Assembly: GCA_009914755.4 (NCBI GenBank)
Contig: CP086569.2
Coordinates: forward strand, 24,480,001 to 24,544,000
DNA: 64,000 bases
Origin: the human T2T-CHM13v2.0 reference genome, Homo sapiens
Reading direction: 5' to 3'
Positions 30,934-43,950 of the stretch are shown piece after piece. Under the pieces are notes generated by a model. That model saw only the letters and a program-made list of their open reading frames with translations, was not told the origin of the DNA and did no database searches. Made by a program: the position numbers and the translations under genes. Position 1 is the stretch's first letter, and each line of letters opens with the position of its first letter.

Positions 30934-31213
30934 GTTGGGCCCAAAGGCTCATGCCTGTAATCCCAGCACTTTGGGAGGCCAAGGAGAGAGGATCACTTGA
31001 GCCTGGGAGTTCAAGACTGGCCTAGGCAACATAGTGAGACCCTGTTTCTACAAAAGAAAAAAGAATTAGCCAGGCACGGTTGCAAGTACCTATGGTACCA
31101 GCTACTTGGGAGACTGAGCTGAGAAGATCACTTGAGCCCAGGAATTCGATATTACAGTGAGTTATGATCATGCCACTGCACTCACCCTAGGTGACAGAGC
31201 AAGAGCTTGTTTC
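30934..31213 (+). mobile_element. Alu SINE, diverged (AluJ-like), no clear tail
   Basis: ggttgggcccaaaggctcatgcctgtaatcccagcactttgggaggccaaggagagaggatcacttgagcctgggagttcaagactggcctaggcaacatagtgagaccctg ... ccactgcactcaccctaggtgacagagcaagagcttgtttc. Confidence 0.88.
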
Positions 31214-31445
31214 AGCACAATGTGAAAAGGAAATATAAGAAATAGCAGAGCCATGCCATATTCAAAAACAAAGGGCAGCTCTTGTGGTTCCATCTCCTAT
31301 CTGTGAAGTGCCAAGACAAAAGCAAGAATTCTAGTATTTATGACAGTCTGGTCATGGGCCATGCGAACTCTCACTTCAACACTCATGTTTTTAGGGTATC
31401 TAAGATGTACTGCCAGGGACCATAACAGGGTGAAAGTTGGACCTG

Positions 31446-31917
<472 letters not shown>

Positions 31918-32164
31918 TCAGATTTCTTGCCAGGGAACAAATGAAGTTGGATTAATTGGCCTTCCATATCTAGAATCCTAAGACTCCTTGAACTAGAGCT
32001 TGCCAACAAGCTTAGGAGGCCAGTAGCTCCCCATCACTGAAAGTATTTGAGCAAAGATGAGATGATCCTAATAACCATGACAGCCTCCTTTATTCTGTGC
32101 TTACTATGTTTCTGGAAGTGTGCTAAGCATTTCTTTTTTTGCATGCTTCCTCTTAAGAATACTA

Positions 32165-32300
32165 TAGAGTAGGTACTAATATCATCCACATTTTACAGGT
32201 AAGGAAACTGTTTACAGAAGTTAAGTCACTTCCTGAAAGTCATTCTGCTGCCCAATGGTGGTGCCAGGATTTGAGCCCTGACTAGTGTCTTGCTCTGTGT
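32165..32300 (+). mobile_element. MIR SINE core
   Basis: atcatccacattttacaggtaaggaaactgtttacagaagttaagtcacttcctgaaagtcattctgctgcccaatggtggtgccaggatttgagccctgactagtgtcttgctc ~ MIR consensus core. Confidence 0.65.
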
Positions 32301-32353
32301 GTCTGTGTGTTGCATTTCTGTGCTTGGAAAAGTCTGACTGGATGGCTTCATAA

Positions 32354-32665
<312 letters not shown>

Positions 32666-32714
32666 GGGACACTACTTACTTATGGAAACTATACATTAAG
32701 AAATTGAGTGACTG

Positions 32715-33246
<532 letters not shown>

Positions 33247-33299
33247 TTATTTCAGTGGGGGTTTGTTTAGTAGTAGTTGTTTTTTAATTTTGCTTCGGT

Positions 33300-33627
33300 T
33301 TGGTTTTTTGAGATGAAGTCTCACTCTGTTGCCCAGGCTGGAGTGTAGTGGTGGCACTATCACAGCTCACTACAGCCTCAATCTCGGAGGCTCAAGGGAT
33401 CCTCCTGCCTCAGCCTCTCATGTAAGTGGGACCTGACTAGCTGGCCAGCCATATCCTGCTAATATTTATTTATTTATTTATTTATTTAGTTAGTTAGTTA
33501 GTTAGATAGGAAGAGACAAGTCTCCCCATGTTGGCCAGGCTGGTCTCAAACTCCTGAGCTCAAGTGATCCTCTCACCTCATCCTCACAAAGTGCTGGGAT
33601 TACAGGCCGGAGCCACAGCAACTGGCC
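33300..33627 (-). mobile_element. Alu SINE, old, with internal (TTTA)n/(TTAG)n expansion in the mid A-rich linker
   Basis: ttggttttttgagatgaagtctcactctgttgcccaggctggagtgtagtggtggcactatcacagctcactacagcctcaatctcggaggctcaagggatcctcctgcctcagcc ... tatttatttatttatttatttatttagttagttagttagttagatagg ... ctcacaaagtgctgggattacaggccggagccacagcaactggcc. Confidence 0.88.
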
Positions 33628-34084
33628 TTGTTTAGTTTCAGTGAATAAAACTGCCTTTTGAGGGAGCTACAGAGGCAATATAGCAGCTTGGAATCCAGGA
33701 AGCTTCCTTGGTCTTGTGTTTCTAAGGGTCCCAGGCATATTATAAGCAACTGCTCCTGATGGAGGCGCTAGTGTATGAAGAGCTAGGTTCTGGAGCTAGA
33801 CCGCCTGGACTTCTGTCTTGATCATGTGCTTTTGGGAACATGACCTATCCCGTCAGTGCCTCACCCTCTTCACATGCAAAGTAGAAACAATGACAGCAGC
33901 TGCCTCGTTGGGGTTACTATGATGATGTATGTCATGACTTAAAACACATAAGGTGCCGACAGCAGTGGCTGGTACGTAATGGATACTTAACAGAGCCATT
34001 CCTTTCAGGGTCAATGGGGTGATGGCTATTTTATTTTTTTCTTTTTTATCAATTTGAGACCAAGCACTCAAGAAAAAAAATTCA

Positions 34085-34385
34085 GGCCAGACGTAGTGGC
34101 TCACGCCTCTAATCCCAGCACTTTGGAAGGCTGAGGTGGGTGGATCTCTGGAGGTCAGAAGTTCAAAACCAGCCTGGCCAACATGGAGAAACCCCATCTC
34201 TACTAAAAATACAAAAATTAGCCGGGTGTGGTGGCACATGCCTGTAATACCAGCTACTCGGGAAACTGAGGTGGGAGGATCACTTGAACTTAGGAGGCGG
34301 AGGTTGCAGTGAGCTGGGATCATGCCTCTGTACTCCTGCACTCCAGCCTGGGGGAAAGAACAAGACTCTGTCAAAAAAAAAAAAA
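34085..34385 (+). mobile_element. Alu SINE full length, A13 tail
   Basis: ggccagacgtagtggctcacgcctctaatcccagcactttggaaggctgaggtgggtggatctctggaggtcagaagttcaaaaccagcctggccaacatggagaaaccccatctc ... ctgcactccagcctgggggaaagaacaagactctgtcaaaaaaaaaaaaa. Confidence 0.92.
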
Positions 34386-35171
34386 TCATCCTGAGGTCAT
34401 AAAGCGAAAGAGTAACAAAGGTGGGCAGGCAGGAACTACTCAGCAGTGTAGAATGGGCCCTAGAAGCAAGGATTATTCCAGAGTCATCTGAACTCAGACT
34501 CACAGGCATCACCGACAGGCCAGTCCTGCCCCAGCTCAAGCCCTGGTACTAGGGGGCCCAGGCTGGGTGGGGGCGGGTAGGGGTTGGCCCTTGCAAAACA
34601 GCCTCTATCCTGTGCAACAGTTTATAATTCAGCAGAGAGTGTTTTGTTTTTAAGAAATGTCCAACTGGATATATGGCATTGCTGTTAAAACTGTTTTTAT
34701 TACCTTATGGAACTACAAGAAAGCCTAGGGATGTATTAATACATATAGGGTTGACAGGCCCATAACTATAAAGTAATGGCAGGCATTATCCATATATATT
34801 CATGGAAGTGGGAGTCCAGGGGCAGACACAGAACATTCCCAGAGGGAGCTGATGCACTTTATTATTTTTATGTAGGTTCAGATATTATTTCTCAGGTACA
34901 GCATAAAATGATGCTTTATTCCATCAACTATAACCCAGGCACACAGAATCATTCCATTTCCCAAAGGAATACAAGCAAATAAACCTTTAGGCAGCAAACA
35001 GAAATGCATTTTCTCTCCTCTCCCTGCCTTCTTTTGAGGAACAGAATTAGCAGGTTTGCCTAGAGTGCACTCTTCTCTCTTGAACCACATCTTCAATCCC
35101 CAAAGGGAACACAGTGAGATCTTCCCCAAAGGTAGTTCAAAGCTGGGGGCCCTTTCATTTGCCAGGATCTA

Positions 35172-35452
35172 ACCCAGCTACTCAGGAGGCTGAGGCAGGA
35201 GGATCACTTTAGCCCAGGATTTCAAGAGCAGCCTGGACAACATAGTGAGACCCTGTCTCTACAAAAAAATTTTAAAAATTAGCCGAATGTGGTGGGGCAT
35301 GCCTGTAGTCCCAGCTACTCAGGAGGCTGAGGTGGGAGGATTGCTTGAGCCCAGGAGTTTGAGGTTATAGTGAGTAGTGATGGCATCCGTGCCCTCTATC
35401 CTGGACGACAGACCAAGAGTCCAGCCCTAAAAAAAAAAAAAATAATTAAAAA
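35172..35452 (+). mobile_element. Alu SINE, 5'-truncated (~25 bp missing), AluJ-like, followed by long A/T-rich tail
   Basis: cccagctactcaggaggctgaggcaggaggatcactttagcccaggatttcaagagcagcctggacaacatagtgagaccctgtctctacaaaaaaattttaaaaattagccgaatgtggtggggcatgcctgtagtcccagctactcaggaggctgaggtgggaggattgcttgagcccaggagtttgaggttatagtgag. Confidence 0.88.
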
Positions 35453-35684
35453 TTTTTAAATCTTTAAAAATTAAAAATCTTAAATTTTTCCTTAAGATTT
35501 ATAAGAGGACTCAGTAAAGGCTGTGCTGGCAATAACATCAAACTACTGAATTCTTTGAGAACTCACTGGAGATTATTATTTTGCATGACATAACTAAACA
35601 TCTTAATGGTTGACTTAATTACTTAGATGTCAGTCTGTATGTTTTTGGTGTCATAAGTACAAAGCTTAGAAATGTTACTTTTAG

Positions 35685-35984
<300 letters not shown>

Positions 35985-37271
35985 TTACTTTTAAAACCAA
36001 GTACTAGCTCATCTCTAAGTAATACTATTTAAGTAGGCAAAAGCCCCTGGAGGTAGCCTGAACTTTTTATTCTCTTAGCTGAGGGGACAGAACAGAAATG
36101 ATATGACACTTACAGAAACCCCTATGTGGCCTGGCCTCATTGGAATTTTTTCTGTTAGTTAAATCAATACCATTTTTTCTATTGATTAAAAACAAAATTA
36201 TTCATATGATGGGTTCAAGAAAACAAATTATTTCCCTAATGGACAGTGTAGATCCGGACTAGAAGCAAACAAGGATCTTCTATCCCTCACACATCTCAAC
36301 ACTCAAGCAAAAACTCAAAGAAAACAATGATACTAATGGCCACATCATGCACCGTGCTCACACAAGGATGCCAAGAGGCTTAATATGTGTTCCTTACCTG
36401 GACCCTTTTCACTGGATCAGAAATACGGATGTCTTAGTCTGATAGGCATCCTCTGCTAATGCATTTTAAATGATTGAATCAATAATTTGATGGGCCACTT
36501 TTTATAAGATGCTATGATACCCTATGAAGCACTATTAAAATATTCATTTTTCTGCACACCAGATAAGGCCCAATTGTTCATAACCAATATTGGTTCTCTG
36601 GCAAAAGGAGTAAAGGCAGCCCTCTAGATATTCCTCACTGATATTCCATTTCTCAGTGGCTACGGAGACATGAGTAGGAAGGAAATCTGGGTCCCTGCAC
36701 CCACGATCTTGGTGCCATCAAAGTGCCACTGCTGGAAGGTTCCTGGGCACCATCTGAGACCAACCCCACTGTGAGGCTGAAGGAGGCTGATCAGAACAGT
36801 GGTCCTCCACCTCCTCCCTGACTTCCCAAGTCATCTTCTATTTATGTGGAATTATTCCCATAACTGGGGCCAGATGATCCCACCCTGGGAAGACTGGGGA
36901 AATTCCCAGAATGCTGACCTGAAAGTCCAATTTTCCCAATATTTCTACTGTTCCCATGTCACAAGCCTTTGGGCAAAATCTCCCAGGCTTGAGAGATTTC
37001 AATCCAGCCTGGATCACCTCTCCACTTCCTCCATCCCAGAGTGAAATTAAAAATCCCATCTGCTGTCAATGAGGAGTCCCTTCAGGCCCTAAAGTTTAGG
37101 GAGAGGAATCCCTATCTTGACTTCTTCACTGTCATCCTGGCACATCAGTTACTTCAAACAACCCAATTTCAAGAACTGATAGACCTTCATTTCTGGACAC
37201 ACCAAAAACAAGCAAATTCCAGAGGATCAGCTTCAGGGTGGCAGAATGGAATGAGTAAAAGCCAACCACGA

Positions 37272-37603
<332 letters not shown>

Positions 37604-38699
37604 TCACCATTAGCTCAGCCAGGACTGGCAAGGGAGTGCCAACTGGAGAATCTTATCCTCTGTTCCTTAGCTGTTTAGATGTATAAAGCCTGAGGGCTTT
37701 GCACCTAATTAGGGTTTCAGAGCTTTGTTTTTCTTTCATCTAATTACATTTGCCCTGTGGGGAAGAGCCTCTGTCCAGGAGGCATTGCTCTCCGAAAATC
37801 TGTCTCAGCCCAACAACAGGTGCGAGAAAGTGAACAGCTCCTCTCCCCACCAATGTGGTGAGATGCCGAGCCAGGCCCTGGCTTCTTCTTGCTCCTCTCC
37901 TTTCATTATCTCTAACTCTAGTGTCAGCCCTCAAGCAGTCCCCTGCTTTGTCACCCCTGGCAAGGTGGGGAATGTTCTCTTAACCTGCAGCTTTCTCCTT
38001 CGGGAACAAAGCGCAGCCTCTTAGCAGCTAGCAATCAACTCCTGTGCTCAGGGCCTTCCAGCCAGACCTTCTGCAGTGCACCCTGGTAGGGGGTAAATTA
38101 TCCTGAGCTTGGAAAATGTGACTGAAATCACCTCCGACAGAGGAAAATGGGTTTTCATAAAAAATGTTTCCTCACCTTTGGTTGCAACTCAATTCAACTG
38201 ACCATTTCCCACCCTGGATCTCAAAAGAAATTTCTGCTTTGCTTCTGGGTATGAGCCCGGGTGATAATGAAAGGTACTTAGGAAGCCAGGCCTATTGAAG
38301 CAGCGTAGCCCTCAGAGGGGCATGGCTGACTTGGCTAAGAGTAGGACAGGGTGTGGGGTTGAGGAATCCATGGGGACTCAGGGCATCCTGTCGCAGACAC
38401 AGGAGCTGACCCAGCCACAGGGTCACAGGACAGCCTGTGTCACCACAGTCTCTGTGCAGAGTTCAGAGTTTACAAATGAGATAAATGGACATTTGCTGAC
38501 TGGGGTAACTCAGCATCAATTCACCCTATTTCTGGGAAAAGCCTCAATTTACATGTGGGAATGGACCATCCCCTTATTGTTATAGGAGTTATAAAGAAAT
38601 TATTTTAGGCAGATAGAGAGGAAAAGAGGTCCTTGGGAAGTTTTTGTTTCTTTTAAAGCAGATCCAGAAACCTTTCTTGTCTAACAGGAGAGCACCAGC

Positions 38700-39150
38700 T
38701 CTAAGAGCCACTGGCAGGTTTGATATGCAAATGCAGGCCACTGGAAACTGAGTCCACCCAAACATGGAGATTTCAGGTTTCTTCCTTGCCCCAACAGGTG
38801 GCTGGCAACATGGCTGCCCCCACATATCCCCACGTGTGTAGAACATCATGGCGCCCTGCATTTGCATCTTAAAAGGCTAGAGTGTGAGGGCCAGCTTTTT
38901 CTCAGGCTATGTGAATGACATGCCTGGTCAAACCAATCCTCTGAGCCCTGTGCAAGCCAGTACCGCCTCCTCCAGCCTCCTCATATAAGTAGCTGATTAC
39001 ACCACACACACGCCCTCTCCCCACATCCCTTCTCTCCACCGGAGTTTTCTCTCTGTTCAAATCCCCTCTCCCTCTGTCTCTGTACTGGGGACCTGTTTTC
39101 TTCTTCCTTCCTTCTTTCTTGTATATTAAACTTTTCGCTCCTTAAAACCA
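38700..39150 (+). promoter_or_regulatory. LTR-like unit (candidate solo LTR or LTR-derived promoter): two octamer-like ATGCAAAT motifs, CCAAT, TATAA box, then ATTAAA poly(A) signal ~150 bp downstream
   Basis: tgatatgcaaatgcagg (38723-38739) and ctgcatttgcatctt (38849-38863); ccaatcc ~38933-38939; ctcatataagtagctg 38981-38996; tatattaaactttt 39123-39136. Family not identifiable by eye. Confidence 0.3.
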
Positions 39151-40866
39151 TTCCAGGTGTGTCCGTGTCATTTTATCCAAAAGTGTGCTAGACCAAGAAC
39201 CCTGGTGTTCCTCCAGTCATCTGAGCCATATCATTATCTCATTCCATTTTTGATGGCACTAACCACCAGCATACCATGCTCCATCAGAACAGTCATCCTC
39301 CTGAGCTCTGTGAATGGCTCAGGATGCAAAAGTGAGAGAAAAATGTAGCCAAGTGAGGAGGCAGAGAGAAACTGCCTCCTGGTAACACAGTGTGTGCCCC
39401 TGGATCAAGCCATGCCTGAAGACAGTTTATTCTGAACTTTTACAATAAGTGCTCTTTTTGTTTAAATCATTTTGGATTGGGTTTTTGTTCACTTGTAAGC
39501 AAAAGCACACTATGATAAAAGGGGATACAAGACAAGTATCACAAATCCAGAAATGGGAAGGGCACAACCCCAGAGCCCAGGCCAGTCAGGGAAGTGAAGA
39601 AACAGACAGCATCTGAGATGCCTATGCCCAGTATCCAGGGGCTAGGTCCATGGTCTTTGAGCCTTAAGATGCAGGAGATCCCTGTGGGGAACTTCACAAC
39701 AGCATAGATTCCCACTCATTCCCACAGCCAATTCTCATCCTTAAGTCTGGAAGGGGAATGAGAGGTTTGGTTTTTAACCAATATCCAGGCAATTTGGAAG
39801 CAGATAACACAGAGAATACTTTGAGAAACACTTCCCTACACTCTGAGCTGGGAGTTAAAGGACAGGGTTCCAGTCTCTGCGGTGAGGCAGTGGCAAGAGC
39901 TCCATGGGCGGGAAGAATATTAGGCCAGAGCTTAGAACAGGACTGCAGAAGCAAGCATGGAATGGAAGCACATCTGATGATCTGTGACATACAACGAGCC
40001 TGCAGATCACAGGCAATGATTTTTGGAAACTCATCACACAGTAGTTTGAAGCAGCAGGAACGATTTGATCCAAAGTGCCATGAGAACACTTCCGAGTCTA
40101 CAAATGCTTTCATAGGTCAATCTAAGCTGTTCCTCCCAACCAACCTGTCTGGCAATTAGAAATTAGGAAATTAAAACTCAGAGTGTCTAAATAGCACACA
40201 CAAAGCCACACAGCTCACTGGTTCAGTAGCCTAGACCTGGGTCCCAGTCTGTCTGACACCAAACCCCACACTTTTCAAATAATTCTCCCTTCCACTGGGG
40301 GAAGGGCTGGGTCTCAGGAAAGGTCTAAGGGACACACAGTGTGGGGATCAGTGAGACCCTACTCAGCAGGCCCAGATGAGGGAAGGGGATGCTCCACCTG
40401 ACTGCGCAGGAAGGCAAGGCCATTTTAACTTTGCAGCATCTTCAACTCATCTGGCTCAAGAAATCCCAGCCCAGCTTGACGATGGAGAGTGGAGGAAGAC
40501 AGGGGCACCCTTGCAAGTGAAGACTAAGCTCTGATTTTTTTTTTTTTTTATCTTACCCAAATCCCCTATCTAAAGGGTCTGGGGAGTGATGTCCTACAAA
40601 CCATAAACTCTCATCAGTTGGATTTTATTTAACCCTATATATTGTGACTTACTTTCCAACCTGACTCTGTCATAACATTATGAGACAAGGAAGAAAATAA
40701 AAATATTTTACCCCAAAACATAGACTTTTTTGTCCATATCTTGAAATGGCCCTGCAAAGCTGTCCTTTGTGGGGGAAAATTTGTATCTGTAAAGAATCTC
40801 TATTAACATAGCTAGATATTTTTCTCCCCGCCCACCCAATCCTAAAGAGATTAACTGAAAGTCTAG

Positions 40867-41162
<296 letters not shown>

Positions 41163-43745
41163 AAGTCTAGCACCTTTTAAAGATCTGAATAGGAAACATT
41201 TGCCATCTATTGTCTGTGAGGACAGCCTCTATAAGATTTCAAAAGAACCTTGGTCTCCACCATCTTTTATCTTAACTTGAAAATTTCCTTTCTATGGATC
41301 CCAGGTCCTTAGACAAACTCACTGAAACTTACCTATAGCCTGGAAGCACCCCTTTCCTCCTGCTTTGGTCCCACCTTTCTGGACCAAACCAGTGTATTTC
41401 TTAAATGTACTTGATCGATGTCTCATGCCTTTCTAAAATGCATAAAACCAAGCTGTACCCCGACCACCTTGGACACATGTTCTCAGGACCTCCTGAGGGC
41501 TATGGCAAGGGCCGTGGTCACTCATATTTGGCTCAGAATACATCTCTTCAAATATTTTACTGAGTTTGACTCTTTTCATTTACAAGAGCAATGGAAATGA
41601 TTTTCTTTGATCACAGTGTCAGCTCCTGACATTGGTTTGCGCCCATCTGTGCTGTGGACTCTTCCCTCGGAATGAGAGAGGGAGATGGCTCCCAGTGTGG
41701 TTGGAAGTCACCCCGCCCCACAACAACACAGTGCAACAGGCCCCAGCTTCACGCCCATTTCAGTTCAGGACAAGTTTTTTGGAGCATCTACTCTGGGCCA
41801 GGCCCGTAGGATACTAAGATGAAATAGAGAGAGTTCCCGCCTTTGAAGGGTGGTGATTTACCAGTGGGGAGAAAGGAAGAGGCCCATGAAAAGTCGTGTC
41901 TGTAGAAGGTAAGAAGGGGCACAACCACCATGGCAGGGGAGTCACAAAGGAGAAGCATTCAGCCTGCCAAGAGGTCCCAGGAATTTCCTGGAGGATCAGT
42001 CCCCAAACTGACTGTGACAGGGAGCAATACCCAGGTAACAGCAGAGGCCCAGAATAAGAAAGAGTCTGTGAGTGGGCAGAATTCCCTCCAGGGCCATGAG
42101 GGGAGCTGACTTCTGATTAGGGCATTTCATCCTTCTCTGAAATGCAGCTGAGAACTGGTCAGCCTCACTCCCTTGCTGAGACCAATAGCAATCCCTGATG
42201 ATCTTGCCACAGGTCCAGCAGGTGCCCCATCCACACTTTGTCCCCAGCCCCTACCTGGAAGCTCCAAACACCTACCTGAGGGGCCAACTCTGATTCCCAA
42301 GGAGGTGACACCTCCTGCGCCTTGTTGATAGAACATTGATAAGGAAATAAGACTGAGTTTTAAGCTTCTTCCCATGTCAAATATTTAAAGGCAATATAAT
42401 GTTCATGTTTAAATAATATTTCATGTGTAATTAAACAATCCCTTATTGTTAAATAGATGGGTTCCAATTTTGAACTGCTATAATCTGTGTATGTGTCCTT
42501 GATTAAATCCTTAAGAGAAATCCCTAGAAACATTATCTTAGGGTCAAATGGCTTGGATAGTCTGTAAACTGCTGATAATTATGGGAAATTGCCTTCCAAG
42601 AAGGTTATAACAATTTGCCTGATCCCCAGCAGCAACAGACTTTACAAAGTACTCAGTATCTAATATTTAACTTTGATAAAGATAAGCTTCTCCCTTCTTT
42701 TTCACTTAAAATGCTGTGTCCCACCTCACTTTTCAGTGCCTCTTCACACTGACAAGACGGTTGGCTAATACTTCAGAGCTTGCAGAACATTTTCATACAC
42801 TTTTAATCCTCCTAACAACCGTGAGAGATGGAGCTTACTATTACCATCCTTGTTTGCAAATGAGGCCCTGAAAAGTTGAGTGATTTCTGTAAGGTCTCAG
42901 AGCCAATACACACTGGTAATGAAATAAAATGCAAGGCCCCTTATCTTTGGAGCCCAGTGTTCCTTCCACATAGGTGGTTCTCCACCCAGGCTGCCCAGGA
43001 GAATGTGGAATCTCCAGCAGTTCTGACTTAACTGGCCTGGTGTGGATGTCTGTGATGGGTGAACATTCCCAGACCCTTTTAAGAACCTGATAGAAGTGGT
43101 GGACCCACTTCCCAGAAAGAGGGACGCACAACAAAATAATTGTCCTGAGTGGGTCTGACAGAATCAAGTGAACCCTTTAAATCTGGATCTAGAGGTCAGA
43201 GACTGAGAATGTCAGAGATGCAAAAGAGATTCAGTGCAAGAGAAATCCTCCTACTGGTTTTGAAGATAGATGTTGGCACCCTGTGTCAACAACCTGAGAG
43301 TGGCCTTGAGTTGCTGGGAGCACCCCAGACTGACAAACAGCAAGAAGAATATGGGGACCTCAGTCCTACAACCACAGGAGCTGAATTCTACTGACAACCA
43401 GTGAGCTTGCAAAGAGGACTTGGAGCCCCAGATGAGAAGCAACCCTGGCTACCCTGATCTCAACCCTATGAGATCCTAAACAGACAATCCAGCCATGCAA
43501 CACCCAAACTTCTGACCTATAGAAACCCTGAGATAATAAATGGGCATTGCTCTAAATCACCAAGTTTGTGGTAATTTGTTACACAGCCATAGGAAGTGAA
43601 TCGACCTGATGTATCTGAGCACCTGCTAGGTTATCATTAAGATTACTCTTCAAAGGTAAAAATTATTTTTCAAAATGTTTCTGCCCTACCTTCCGTGAGC
43701 ATCTGGTGATGGATGGACACACACACGTAAAGGTAGACTGTGTTT

Positions 43746-43950
43746 AGGTGGGCATGGTGGTGCATGCCTCTGGTCCCAGCTACTCAGGAGGCTGAAAGAG
43801 GAGGATCACTAGGGCCCAGGAGTTCAAGGCTGTAGTGAAGCTGTGATTGAGCCATTGCACTCAAACTTGGGCAACAGAGCAAGACACCAGCTCTAAAAAA
43901 ATAAATAAATAAATAAATAAATAAAAACAAAAATAATAATAAAAAAAACT
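43746..43950 (+). mobile_element. Alu 3' half (right monomer; 5'-truncated or FRAM-like) with (AAAT)n/A-rich tail
   Basis: aggtgggcatggtggtgcatgcctctggtcccagctactcaggaggctgaaagaggaggatcactagggcccaggagttcaaggctgtagtgaagctgtgattgagccattgcactcaaacttgggcaacagagcaagacaccagctctaaaaaaataaataaataaataaataaataaaaac. Confidence 0.85.

Noticed and set aside
33853-34539. 228-aa minus-strand ORF, the longest in the frame track
   Set aside because: It runs straight through an Alu (34085-34385), and its translation contains the stereotyped antisense-Alu peptide (…[72 protein letters not shown]…). It has no start context and no homolog I recognise. It is a chance read-through of repeat sequence.
39694-40159. 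Overlapping 139-aa (-) and 133-aa (+) ORFs on opposite strands
   Set aside because: Mutually overlapping antiparallel ORFs of similar length in moderately GC-rich unique DNA are typical chance ORFs. Neither translation resembles a known domain, and there are no splice or Kozak signals.
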